64,000 nucleotides of DNA from Nemertoderma westbladi (GCA_032718475.1 JAUCBJ010007659.1:2449-66448), one strand, 5' to 3'. Shown: positions 11,501 to 21,280, numbered from the stretch's first letter. Translations and numbers: made by a program. Notes: generated from the letters alone by a model not told the origin.

Positions 11501-12418
11501 ATATCTCCTATACATGCAAAGCAGTGGAGGGAGTGGGAAGCCGAGTTACATCTATTGAAAAACATAGATGTACCCCGTTCCTACTTTCCGAATCAGCTGG
11601 TATTTCCAGCTGATCTCGAACTCCACCTATTTAGTGACGCAAGTGACACCGGCTTTGGTATGGTAGCCTACCTTCGCCGAGAGGTAAGTCAGGACAAATT
11701 TGAGACGGCCTTTGTGACTTCTAGATCAAAGACAATGCCAGTCAAATACATGACTGTCCCTCGTGCAGAGTTACAGGCGGCTGTAGTTTCAGTCGAGGTA
11801 AGTAAGCAAATAACTGAGGAGTTAGACACGACATTGACCTTATTCTATTGGACGGACGCATCCTTGGTGTTAGTATACATTGCGGCCGACAATATTGCAC
11901 TAAAGACATTTGTGGCCAACAGACGCGCTCAGATCGTTGATTTTTCGACGAAGGAACAATGGAGACATTGTCCGGGAGTGTTAAACCCGGCCAACATAAC
12001 TTCGAGAGGTGCAATGCCGGCGGAATTCTGTCAGGAAGAGTCGCAGGAGTTTTGGTTGCATGGACCTGATTTTCTAACGAGGACACAGGAACATTGGCCA
12101 GAGCGACTAAAGATTGTGACCAATCCGATGCCTGAAGATGCAGAAGTCAAAGTGGAGAAAGTCTCTAAGTCAAAGTCTAAAGCCAAACTTAAGTCATTGG
12201 AGCGGCCTGAAGAGTCATTGGAGCGGCCTGAAGAGTCATTGGAGCGGCCCGGAGACCTGTCAGACCAACAGACTTACGTGACTACTAGGTCCGGAAGGGT
12301 AAGTTATGATGTAAAACCACCCTTACAGACTAAACCGGAGTCACAATTGGTAAGTGACGGACAGAAAATGACTGACACAATGGATCCTTTGGTTTCCAAA
12401 CCTGCGGGTTTGGATTAG
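5576..12418 (+). CDS. Bel/Pao Gag-Pol polyprotein (Gag, aspartic protease, RT, RNase H)
   Basis: 2280-aa ORF: coiled-coil N-terminus, Gag knuckles CWACLAPGHVRRQC and CMECGRLHHKLLH, protease LDTAS, RT YYLPHH/KVRVVNDC/DIEAMFHQ/YMDD, RNase H FSDAS/ELQAA/WTDAS. Confidence 0.93.
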   Translation: MSVSDKEALEDSYETAAGPPTDDSVNITVDDNADYDDAASDADVSEQEDETVTSEEEQQPQVIVLGSPTATVGKDCTATQPEVSDREGSVAEARARSPVSRPVGMVSAVVPTAVRSTRSSRNNPSSPPSVSQVSERELDIAIKKKLRAHAGHITRTADKVRKMLADSANIGRVELVEIRRGYNSALFKQTEELAVLAKKAVESQSSDVATRIYDRVLAALLEHHELSERFRRGRTENWLLWASQAQATQVSDAALRDLVEREEIQDKEERRYQREVTSWLMQNGVVVPGQVLPTTENIQQRTLTPPDDASRDSGDSQVSHARGKVICARSLVSHNSAEERRRRLDEQQAEVLRASEARKEAERERERTRKLDAELRELEEISKRERAEREQRERELQAERVREELEREQRERELQLECEREAKKCELQLEREQEAKKRELQAERERKKLDREQKERKLQLERGRKERELEIEKRRRALYEEKERVEEESAARRAREEEERKLAQLESARLSLESEERTRKANEIAEKGMRMIEECGASIGTELRELFALQKAEQEARTPTIRESTTTRIPIPGPAITSTRIAKPFSTYRTPVGISASPIAQDPRHRNTAPKLDREQKERELQLERAPLYTAPLYTERENEEFRGEIPTGRVLGEPNPRVWNTRTERQPSSTENFRVKPEEGSYERHRITQIEPTIQQNPSQEFITRDELSASLAQAISPHIQPITDMLSNLRLKEAAQVRSNSNPSRPESDKVQPSQRVRISEETIPRRPQVRTPVPNIHNPNFENSAEKFIEEAWVRASARKPLRALRTDTESSDEEEDMRRQKSRNYKERRTDAEQVSLNHRERNRLNNPAELNHLLTRNNATLRDIGKFAARQGLPTQQPQKFMGNHKHWRTFKTYVDEQLTNSTFTPNEKFNYLLQMLHREPRAIADNFVGNERAFELAMKTLSNIYGNKTKMAQSIVEDLGKGGRITTPLELLNLANAISNALDILRTVNLPHHGDHAEVLKSVIRRLNMRYRQKWRKLENKLEGQGKVLTLQHIHDMIATDAVAEMKSNFSEENMRESKPVTGKSMVSFDDDRTTVTFNSVDRYNSNTPAFRSDSRVWSGERLDRPRLKQQELPDGFVGCQYCLLKEVRSDDHKLDSCRRFKELNSEQRRVQVRTLDTCWACLAPGHVRRQCPNSKDGCMECGRLHHKLLHADFHTPTDRYLQRNPQRKGSKEPISIRRNTYTGIQDDGYQPGSSDEDGESSAREVTCQGFTADSLSTSARTYLSSATSEIFSVIPVKLTGDKGSKRIYVMLDTASTLSYIDEEVARAVSSFQDAEEIQIELKSMHGVGDLKGHRISVERDSLLPRDQHTRQERKALPLDGFKCLAMKGFGRQLGKVPPMSPIAQEYFDKLRIPRHQVGYRNVSMLIGAEQLIAHQIWETRPAEPHVNGPHAHRTILGWYTRVPMSYEFTGGDKPMDRYDELQPITQPPLVKPPDIDEFRRTCIDHYSDFSESDEELIPDNVRLSEPLHNDRTDSEPEDYCHQTRGSGSAAHATYLTNVSTYTDIVEGQVAKYRDLDIFQYSEEELQKELIRQDLETGARTVEWLDRDAMEPGGYDLAMSTDEKRSLEMMEDTIRLLPTGHFEVGMLWRRQPPKLENNYNLALKRLNGVRARLLNNPDIREKYCAQINNYFAKGFAGKVEDPDLVTDQTYYLPHHYVTHPDKPDKVRVVNDCAAVYRGMSLNSELMDGPNLNNYLIGILLRFRQQRFAFTCDIEAMFHQVRACKADHDSLRFLWYENEDLSGPVVTYQMYVRIFGARDSPNGTLFVLKKTATAQIGKYPVEVIESILRNFYMDDGLVSKDTAEQAIEGAHGLQECLATGGFPLTKFTTNSEALLESFPVKDRGSGDIELGVEPIPMARVLGLAWNPNSDKFQVRVRFEPSSPDKVLTKRICLSTLSRLFDPMNFISPVILQARACMRKIWLSDIEWDEPISPIHAKQWREWEAELHLLKNIDVPRSYFPNQLVFPADLELHLFSDASDTGFGMVAYLRREVSQDKFETAFVTSRSKTMPVKYMTVPRAELQAAVVSVEVSKQITEELDTTLTLFYWTDASLVLVYIAADNIALKTFVANRRAQIVDFSTKEQWRHCPGVLNPANITSRGAMPAEFCQEESQEFWLHGPDFLTRTQEHWPERLKIVTNPMPEDAEVKVEKVSKSKSKAKLKSLERPEESLERPEESLERPGDLSDQQTYVTTRSGRVSYDVKPPLQTKPESQLVSDGQKMTDTMDPLVSKPAGLD

Positions 12419-14059
12419 AAACTTCCATTAATTAGCGGACAACCGTCGCTGGCATTAGAATCATGCAGTGTTTATGACAAATTACTAAATTCGTCTGCCT
12501 CTTGGCTGACAATTTGTAAAAGAACTGCGTGGTTAAACCGATACATTTCGTACCTTTGTTTAAAACATTCGGAACATTTAGGAGAACCATCGAGCGCTAA
12601 TAGTGAGCGAATTCAGAAATTGAAACAACCTCTGACAGAGGATGAGATTGATCAAGCGGAATTAAAGCATTTGAAGCATTATCAAATGTGTGCCTTCCCT
12701 AAAGAATTCCATCTATTATCAGCTCAACGACCAGTTCTCTATAAACCCCTTAGAAAATGGAGTCCATTAATCCATAAGGGTTTGATTTGTCATAGATCGA
12801 GAATCCAGACTGTCGACATAAACTCACAGTTTCGGTTCCCAGTGATAATCCCTAGTCACCCAATAGAATTGCAAAGAGCGATTCTATGGGATATACACAA
12901 GAGGTTGGATCACGCGGGAAAGTTACACTGTTTGTCGGCAGCGAGACAGCGATTCATTCTATTGCAGCCAAGCAGGGCAGTAGGCACTATGTACGACGCC
13001 TGTCTGGTTTGCAAGAGAGTGAACGCCAGAGTATTGGAACAGGAGATGGCTGAACTCCCGGAAGCGAGAGTGCAGGCATATGACCCACCCTTTACGAACA
13101 CAGGGGTGGACTGTTTTGGTCTGATTGAGGCAAAGAGTGGACGGCTGACCCACAAGCGATGGGGTCTGCTGCTGACATGTATGGCTAGTAGAGCCATACA
13201 TATCGAGCGTGTGGCAGACATGTCGACCAAATCTCTGCTCCTGGCCTTGAAGAGATTTATGGCCAGGAGAGGACTAGTATAGGCGTTCTATTCCGATAAG
13301 GGTACAAACTTTGTCGGAGGGAATAGCGAGTTGAACGCCGCTCATAAAGCGGCACAGAATAAGGAAATTTCTGCAGCACTTTTGCCGCAACGAGTAGAGT
13401 GGAGATTTAATACTCCAGAAAGTCCTTGGAGAGGAGGAAGTTGGGAGCGTTTAGTTCGCTCTGTAAAGCAGGCCATTGCCAAAACATTGCCTGTGAACAA
13501 ACAACTTACCGACGACGAACTGGTCACAGCTTTCATCGAAATCGAGCATACATTAAACTCGAGGCCGATAGCTATGTTGCCAGACGGTGTTGCATTAACG
13601 CCGAATCATTTGCTAATGCAGAGTCCAGCATTTCTTGTGCCGGCATCAGAACCCATTAGTGCCGACCTATATAGTCGTAAAAGCTGGAAGGTGACTCAAT
13701 TAGTGGCGTACACATTCTGGGAATATTGGCGGGAATACTATCTTCCCACCATATCTACCAGAACAAAGTGGTACAAAACGGTTCGGAGTCTCCAAAGGGG
13801 AGATTACGTATTGATAACCGAGCCGATTGTCAAGAGAAAGTATTGGGAGACTGGAGTGATCTTGCACACACACCCAGACGTGCAAAACATAGTGCGCACA
13901 GTCACTGTGAAAATTAGGTGCAAGTGTCCACACCCAAAAAAGTGTAAAACTAATGGTTTGCACACCTTGGACCGACCGGTCCAAGATATTGTGTTATTAG
14001 AGGAGACACGTATCGAGACGGGAGATTATAATTTGTCTCCTGCCTCAAAACAGAATTAG
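12419..14059 (+). pseudogene. Integrase portion of pol, same frame, cut off by in-frame TAG stops at 12416 and 13280
   Basis: Frame continues after the stop (SSASWLTICKRTAWLNRY); HHCC motif (HKRLDH...CLVC); DDE motifs GVDCFG, RRGLV*AFYSDKGTNF and GGSWERLVRS; LTPNHLL. Confidence 0.9.
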
Positions 14060-14749
14060 TGTTGGACGCAACTCACTTCGTATGCATTCCTCGTATGCAG
14101 ATACAAGGAAATGCATAGGAGCGGGTTGTGGTGATTTGCGTTGAGTTTTGTCTGGTGGGCATCAAAACAAAATTTTATTTTCAAAAATTTTTGGAAAATT
14201 AAAAAATTTTAAAATTAGAAGTAAACCCAAGACAATTCCAAACGCTGTGTATAGACGCGTTTTAGAATTCGTCTATAGATAAACAGTAATTTGAAAGTCG
14301 TGAAGCCTGGAAAATAGCATTTAGAAACCATGGTGACGGCTATATTACGTAGGAGTGTAAATTGAGTTTAGCAACTTCCACAGATTGGTGCCAACAGTGC
14401 AACTAAGGTGCTAAAGGTTAGTAGCACCAGAGGCGTACATGGACCCCACTCAGTAGTTTGCAGTGATGTGTGATGTTCGATTATCAAACCTGTGGGTTTG
14501 GTATAGTCGAGTATTGTGGCTATAGTCCTTTCTAACTACTGTAGTTTAGTACGAGTAATGGGAGTAGTTTGGGCATCAAAAAGTGAGTTGGTCACGGCCA
14601 GTTTATCTCCAAAGTTTTTGCGCTATGCATGGGAATAGGTTAGAGGTTAGTTAGTTAGGAAGAGACGGGATCTAGAGAGTCGAACCTGAACTGCTGGAAA
14701 GCGGGGGGGGGGGGGGGGGGGGTTCGGGAGGTCTGTCTTTCGGCAACAT

Positions 14750-14768
14750 CTAACTGATTTACCCACAG
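14750..14768 (+). promoter_or_regulatory. Candidate branch point and splice acceptor for the extra-ORF mRNA
   Basis: CTAAC (14750-14754) then TGATTTACCCACAG, about 60 nt upstream of ATG 14828. Confidence 0.45.
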
Positions 14769-14827
14769 TGTAATTGGTTACGTAACGGCACTTATTGGGA
14801 TATATATATGTATATACGCGAGGCATA

Positions 14828-17800
14828 ATGGAGAAGGATATTAGAGCGCAACCGCGCAGAGGATTTACTGCCAGAGAGGAGGCGGAGCTACCATTCGCGC
14901 GACCAGGATGTAAAGACTCTAACGTTTACTACCATGGGCGGTCCGTGATGGAGCTAAACGGAAAATACAAACCGACTTACGATAAGGAATTACGGAGGGA
15001 AAGAATGAGAGCGTTGGGGGACTGGATGGAAGTTTTGCGGAGAGAGTATCGCACTCGGTATCCCTACGACTTCGCTTTGGACGTATGTGACATTAGTGCA
15101 GACCCGGATGAGGAGATCGCACGACTGTACCATATGAATATGTATTTACGACACGAAGAACCTCTACCTGCAGTCCGAGATCAGTTCGACGGAATGCATC
15201 TGTACCGGAGGACTCGAGGCGAGGATCAGGAGACGCCGAAAGTCTTCAGCGTGTACAAGCTGTTCTACAAGTGTGGTGAATGCATGAATAAGCAAGACGT
15301 GGCGATTCCCGACCGACTAGACGAGCAACATCCAGAACCGATATTAACGCGATGTCCAGCTCACCAGTTCCTTAGATACAACGAGGGAGGTTACCCGATG
15401 AGCAACCCGATGATCAGTATCGACTTCAGCGGAAAGCGACCTCCGAGACCCATTACGCCGACCGTTACGACATTAGATCCGTATACGGAGATTAAACCCT
15501 GTTCGACACCCAGTTTGATAGAGACGGCAGCGGCCATTTCGCTGTACCGAGCCTATAAGGATCTAGAGGCGCGGCGCGAAGCGGCACGGGACTCGGGTAC
15601 CAAACCCGCGGGTTTGGAGCTCTCGAGTCCCTGGACTGCGTTTACTTCACCTCACCGAGCGAGAAGCCTCACGCCTGAGCATCAGGACGACATAGACGCG
15701 TTGCGGCAGGAGGAGCGAGCGGCGAAGGCGAAAGAGTTATTTGAGAATAGGATAGCGGAGTATAATAAGGCCGCGGATAGACATCAAGAGGAGACGAGGA
15801 GAGTGACCGGATTTGTTCCACAGGTCGTATCTCAACCCCGACCGGTGTATTATTCCGACGGCACCGAACCTGCGATATTAGTAGATCATCCGGAGTCGCG
15901 AGAAGCGATACGATTCTTGCCGATGGTAAGAATGGCGGATCATTGGAACGTTGACTGTCTACGGGAAGTTTTATGCGCGAAGTTCTTGCGTGATGTCCCA
16001 ATGCAGATCACAGATTACGACACATTGGATAAGATTGGAGCTCCGGGGAAGGAGAGCAAATTATTTGGATGGTTGGATAAGTACATCAAGGTATGGGTCG
16101 CGGTGGCTACATTCCCAGACGACGAGGAGGTAGACCAGACGTGGCTGAGGAGGAAGGGTTCTTATACCCGATATGATGACCACAAGGCTATCGAGCGCAT
16201 GTGGACCCCATCAGACGAGATTCAGCGTCAGTGGAGGAAAACGGAGGAATCACTGCAGGATTGGAGGGTGATGTTCTACGACAATGAAGGAGGGTCCCAT
16301 CAGGAATGTTTGACCAGCAAGTGTATTCAAATTCGTGCAGCCGATGGTGTGACTCATGTGTTTATGCGTGTGAGGGCGGATCGAGAGAGACCGGAGCCCA
16401 TCATAACGACACAATATCGGAAAGGGAAGGATCCTAGGGAGCAGATTTTGGAGGTATGCAGGCGAGGAGGTATGCACGGAGCGGAGCGTATCGACGCCAG
16501 GATGCTACCCAAGAAAGTTAGAGAGGCTATTCTCAACCAAGATTACGTCAAGGTGGGATCGGGAGTCCAGAGCGATTTGGAGAGCGACTTCAACGCCATG
16601 ACTGATCTGGAAGATAGATTGCCGAGACCGTTTGTCGACACCAAGCTATTGTTGCTATGGGCACAGGATATTGGAATTTATAGGGAGTATCCCAACTCTG
16701 CCAAGACTGGTATGGGCTTTATAGCACACTTGTTGTATAATTGGGACTTTAAGTTAAAGACGCAGAAGAAGTACGAGGAGGCGTATGGCGAATACAACAC
16801 GCCACCGGGAGCGGAGTTCAAATCCCACTTCAAGCGGCAAGCGTTAGTGTATTGGAACATTTGCGCGCCACCCCGTGCGTCGCTACAATATTATTTGGTG
16901 CTTGAGTCGAACACGGTGACTTGTTTATTAGCGGATATCGTTGCGCGAGTTTTGAAGCGTCATCCATTGGTATTCGGAGGAGATCAATACGTTCGCTCGA
17001 AAGGGGGAATCCAATCCGACGTGATGAAGCGTTTCTTAACCCCGTTCTTCAACCAATCGTTAGAGAATACGTCGATGGTTAGGAGAGGATTAGCGATATT
17101 CCAAGGAGTATATCGACAGAACATCGGAGATTTGGGAGACCGACCGTCGATGGAGTATCCGACGCCAGAGGCTTTGGAGAAGTGGTTCGGGAATCAAACC
17201 CGCGGGTTTGGTACTCCCTTCCACTCGGAGGCTGATAGACCTGTTAAGGAGGGCTGGCCGGAGACGTTAGTAGAGGTGTTCGGAGTAGATCTTCCGGTGG
17301 AGAAGACATATCCGAAACGAACGCGGGAGGAAATATTGGAGATAGAGGACAAGGGCGAGGATGTTTACTTTGTTCCGGATCGACAACCGCTGACCGGAGA
17401 GGACGACATCGTATTAGACATTGGGAAAGAAGGAAGTGCGAAACCGATTGGAGACCTCATATACGAGAGGGCCTGGTTTCCACAAGCGCGTAGGTGCAAG
17501 TTGTGCGGCAGCACAAGGCACAATCTAAAGTCGTGCGACGCGGTAGTAGAGGCGGCGCATAAGGTCTGTCGTTGGTGTAATGAGACCGACCATTCGTTTC
17601 ACACGTGCACCGTCTTCATTTCTCAATGTGGATATTGTGGGGTAAAGGGACATCGTAGCGCGAGATGTCAGCTGCGAGATGATTCCTTCCAAAACCATAG
17701 CGCTAACCTACTTCGGGAGATGTTAGATAAGTGGGAGAGTGTGGCTGACTACCATATTCAAGCGCAGATGCGTTGGTTACCATTCAAGGCGGGGTATGGA

Positions 17801-18430
17801 TTTTGGGCGGTAGACCCATCACATGTTGCGTACGAGCCATATCTACAGTCGCTACCACAATATCAGGAACTCATCCTAACTGCTCAAGACCTTCCACAAA
17901 ACACTGGAGTTATCGTAGTCCGAGAATACTTCAGACAGTTGAATATGGATAATAAGTACACCTGGAACTTCGTTGCTATTTGCGATCGAATCACGAAGGG
18001 TGTATTTTCGGAGACTAGAAAAGTGGTACGCGCGCGAGGTGATTGGAGAATGGCGGCTATACAATACCGCAACGAATTCTTGTTGACTCATGTGCCAGTG
18101 GGTTCATTGACCGCTGAGAGGATACAGGAGCAGAGGATCGCAGCGACCACAGCGACGACCGCTGGAGCTCAAGGCTCGCGGAAAGAACCAGGAGGAGGGG
18201 TCCAAGACAAGCGTCAAGTCAAGGACGACCACTATCACTCTATTATAGAAGCACAGCGGTTGCAGCGCAAGGCGCAGGGAGCGTCAGAGAAGGCGCGTGT
18301 GCAACTGCATAAGGAAGAGTTGGCGGAAGCGACCACGGGAGCACGACAATTGGGACGAGGCCCGAGGGAGAAGCACGAGCCGGGAATCTGTCGGGGCTCA
18401 GGGAGCATCGTCTCCGGTTCCGGGGAGTGA
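14828..18430 (+). CDS. Extra retrotransposon ORF (~1200 aa) of unknown function with three CCHC zinc knuckles
   Basis: Uninterrupted ORF between pol and the 3' LTR, first ATG at 14828; CKLCGSTRHNLKSC, CRWCNETDHSFHTC and CGYCGVKGHRSARC; no obvious signal peptide or TM helix. Confidence 0.85.
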   Translation: MEKDIRAQPRRGFTAREEAELPFARPGCKDSNVYYHGRSVMELNGKYKPTYDKELRRERMRALGDWMEVLRREYRTRYPYDFALDVCDISADPDEEIARLYHMNMYLRHEEPLPAVRDQFDGMHLYRRTRGEDQETPKVFSVYKLFYKCGECMNKQDVAIPDRLDEQHPEPILTRCPAHQFLRYNEGGYPMSNPMISIDFSGKRPPRPITPTVTTLDPYTEIKPCSTPSLIETAAAISLYRAYKDLEARREAARDSGTKPAGLELSSPWTAFTSPHRARSLTPEHQDDIDALRQEERAAKAKELFENRIAEYNKAADRHQEETRRVTGFVPQVVSQPRPVYYSDGTEPAILVDHPESREAIRFLPMVRMADHWNVDCLREVLCAKFLRDVPMQITDYDTLDKIGAPGKESKLFGWLDKYIKVWVAVATFPDDEEVDQTWLRRKGSYTRYDDHKAIERMWTPSDEIQRQWRKTEESLQDWRVMFYDNEGGSHQECLTSKCIQIRAADGVTHVFMRVRADRERPEPIITTQYRKGKDPREQILEVCRRGGMHGAERIDARMLPKKVREAILNQDYVKVGSGVQSDLESDFNAMTDLEDRLPRPFVDTKLLLLWAQDIGIYREYPNSAKTGMGFIAHLLYNWDFKLKTQKKYEEAYGEYNTPPGAEFKSHFKRQALVYWNICAPPRASLQYYLVLESNTVTCLLADIVARVLKRHPLVFGGDQYVRSKGGIQSDVMKRFLTPFFNQSLENTSMVRRGLAIFQGVYRQNIGDLGDRPSMEYPTPEALEKWFGNQTRGFGTPFHSEADRPVKEGWPETLVEVFGVDLPVEKTYPKRTREEILEIEDKGEDVYFVPDRQPLTGEDDIVLDIGKEGSAKPIGDLIYERAWFPQARRCKLCGSTRHNLKSCDAVVEAAHKVCRWCNETDHSFHTCTVFISQCGYCGVKGHRSARCQLRDDSFQNHSANLLREMLDKWESVADYHIQAQMRWLPFKAGYGFWAVDPSHVAYEPYLQSLPQYQELILTAQDLPQNTGVIVVREYFRQLNMDNKYTWNFVAICDRITKGVFSETRKVVRARGDWRMAAIQYRNEFLLTHVPVGSLTAERIQEQRIAATTATTAGAQGSRKEPGGGVQDKRQVKDDHYHSIIEAQRLQRKAQGASEKARVQLHKEELAEATTGARQLGRGPREKHEPGICRGSGSIVSGSGE

Positions 18431-19028
18431 CGCCTTACGGACGCCGTCAACAGAGTCTACAGGAGGTAGACTGGTGTATCTGGGCAGGGGGCGAAAGAGA
18501 GGAGCGAGCCCGAAGAACCCAGGAGCGGGTCGATAATGCATCGTAGCACAGGGCGACAGACTCTAGATATATACATCATCGTCGCTCTGATGTATATTGT
18601 AGCATTTAGAAATATTCGACTAGACTCATATACACTAGTTGCGCTGTTTTGAATTTATATTATGAGAAAGGCGAAGGAAGTGATTGGGGAGACAAACCTG
18701 CGGGTTTGGCTTACTCCTTTCACTTGCCCTAGCAAAATTTTTTATATTTGATCTTGTATGTAGTAATCATTATGTAGTACGAACGAGAAACAATATTTTG
18801 TAAATTTAATTTGTATGTAATTATCGTTAAACAGTAAGAGAGATAATATTTGTAAATTTAATTTGTATGCAATTCATTATGCAATATCTATAGCAATATT
18901 TTGTAAATAGTAGGATTTATAGTATCAAGTATTTAGATTATTTGGAAGAAATTTATTTTGTTTTGTATACATCACCTTATACTCTTCTACAGTTGGAGGG
19001 AAACATTATATGATTTCCCTTGGAGCGG

Positions 19029-21280
19029 TGTTACGGTATATGGCGCTGTATCCACATTATTAGCCATTATGCAGTATAATATATTAGTCCGTTATACTGT
19101 ACGCAATATTAGTCCGTTATACTGTACGCAATATTAGTCCGTTATACTGTACGCAATATTAGTCCGTTGTGCAGCATAATATTTTAGATAAGGCATAATA
19201 GCGCAGTGATATTTAGATAGGGAAATCGAAACGCCCATATATTTTGAATCCATCCATTTTGTATAGTATGTAGCCCTACCTACGTAATTTTGTATTAGGA
19301 TATAGGTAGATAGTTCCAGGGTAGCAAGTTTAGTCGGACCCTGGATTTTGTGCTTGCTGTTATTAGCTTTGATAGGGCTAGATATAGGGACGCTGTCCTG
19401 GCCATTCAGCAGCCAGGGACATGATCCATTACCATATATGGTAATAATTTGAGGTTTGGGGAGCAATAGGGCTACAATCCGGCCTCCTTATTGGACTAAC
19501 TGCTTCCAGGTTGGTCTAATGCTAGCGCGGACTGGAGAGCCAATAGGAGAGCGATTGAGTCACCCTATTGCATCACCCCATTCGGATCACCTATAAATTG
19601 GCGGTTTGCCGGTAGAGCTGCACACCCTTACAACCAACCTTAACCTCAGTACCAATCTCAATCCTCTGTAGGTGTACAGTTAGAAGTATAATTTTGCGTA
19701 TTTCTGCAATTTACTAAATTTTGATTAATTTCTTGAGATGATTTGCTAGTGCTATTATTCTCGATTGTGTTTCTCAATTAATCCTATCGATTACTGCTAA
19801 TTACAATCGGAACTATGATTTCTACCCCTTTTGTTAATGGTTCTATGTGATTCCTTTCTACGCAATAATCCTAAGGGATTTCTGAGACTGTCAGACTTTG
19901 TGATTTTGCATGCGCCGCTACGGTAGCTATTCAATTAAATGAAGGGCTAAGGTGCCAGTAGGCGGTGGGCGCATCGGGGGGTTGGGCGACTAAGGGAGAG
20001 CGGAGGATTCAAAGGCGGGCAACGCTGGCGGGGGTCAACGTTGTGGTCGGGCAGTTTGGACTGTGAGTTGGAGACCGCTCGCCGGTACAGTAATTAGGGG
20101 GCTGATGATCCAAGGTTTTGTCTCTATTTAGTATTAGGGGGGCAGGAATTGGGTTAGTTAGGAAGCCTAGATGTACCCGGGAGGGGCCTGCATACCTCAC
20201 AGTAAGTAAGTAAGTGGGTAAGTACGTAAGTAAGTTGCGAATTATATAATTGCAGATTGTATAATTGCAAATCGTGCTATTTGTGATCTGTGATTGCTGA
20301 CGCTGATTGGTGTGTTACTGAAGTGTGCCTATGATTACGAATGCTTAGGTAGGCGCCCCTTTTCTTTGATTGATTTCTATTTCTTAGTTACTACAAATAA
20401 TTACTGATTAGGTCAAAGTAATACGGCAATTTAGGCTATTACTAGCGAAACCTGTTGTGTAATAAATTAGAATTACGCATTCTGGAACTCTTAGTAATTA
20501 GTGCGCTGTTACATATTTGTGACTGTAATTGATTAGTAAAATTAAGAATTAGTACGCAGCATAGCGGAGAGTAGCTAAGGTAATAAATTAGAGTACCGTA
20601 AACTATTCACGCTAGGCGGTTATTTGCATTAGCGGGCAATAAACTAGATCGCAATAGTCAGTACGCAAGACATTAGTGAATTGCTGGCCTAAAGCCAGCT
20701 GCAGGCAAGTTTAGACCCGGAGTGGTATCACCCACGAAAGACATTGTACTGTACCAATTTTGATTATTTTAAATATTCTCGCATTCACACATTCCGTTAG
20801 GGAACGCCCAGTATTCGCGGTTAGAAAAGACGTAAGCATTAGTGTACTTCAATAAGTGGTAAAATTAGGCGTAAGAATACTCTGAGTGCAAAGCCCCTCG
20901 CACTCGTCTTAAGTAAGCTTAGGGAGCCGACTCGGGTTTATTGTTTTGGTTATTCCCGCGTGGCTCATAGATTCGAACAGTTAGCTCTCTATCGAGCGAT
21001 CGGTAGAGAAAGGAACAAGCGATTTTGCAGGAGTTGTGTAAAATTAGTAAAATATATTAGCGGACGGCAGATTAGCGCCATCCAACGGTAAGTAGCGGTT
21101 TTGTATTTAGCAGCCTTTACAATTTAGTAATGGCACGCTCCTGATCCCCTTTACTTAACAGTAGAGCAGTCTTTGTGTCTTATTGGTTAGGCGAGAGCTC
21201 ATTAGGTTGGCAGAGAGGTATACGGGTATTTGTCTGTTCAACAGTTCTGCTGTTAGTATAGGTGTCGCGGTTGTTTATCA
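19029..21280 (+). repeat. 3' LTR (2252 bp)
   Basis: Direct repeat of 2037-4288; preceded only by a short purine-rich GGAGCGG (weak PPT). Confidence 0.97.

Larger units (their letters stand above)
2037..21280 (+). mobile_element. Full-length Bel/Pao LTR retrotransposon with an extra 3' ORF (19,244 bp)
   Basis: Direct LTRs TG...CA at 2037-4288 and 19029-21280 (offset 16992); 5-bp TSD GGTTT at 2032-2036 and 21281-21285; gag-PR-RT-RNaseH-IN order with Bel/Pao motifs. Confidence 0.97.

Noticed and set aside
12193-12250. 21-bp triple repeat (SLERPEE) sharing TTGGAGCGG with the PPT position
   Set aside because: Only a 9-nt match inside a low-complexity linker; likely coincidence.
14828-18430. env gene
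   Set aside because: No signal peptide, TM anchor or fusion-type hydrophobic segment visible; zinc knuckles instead.
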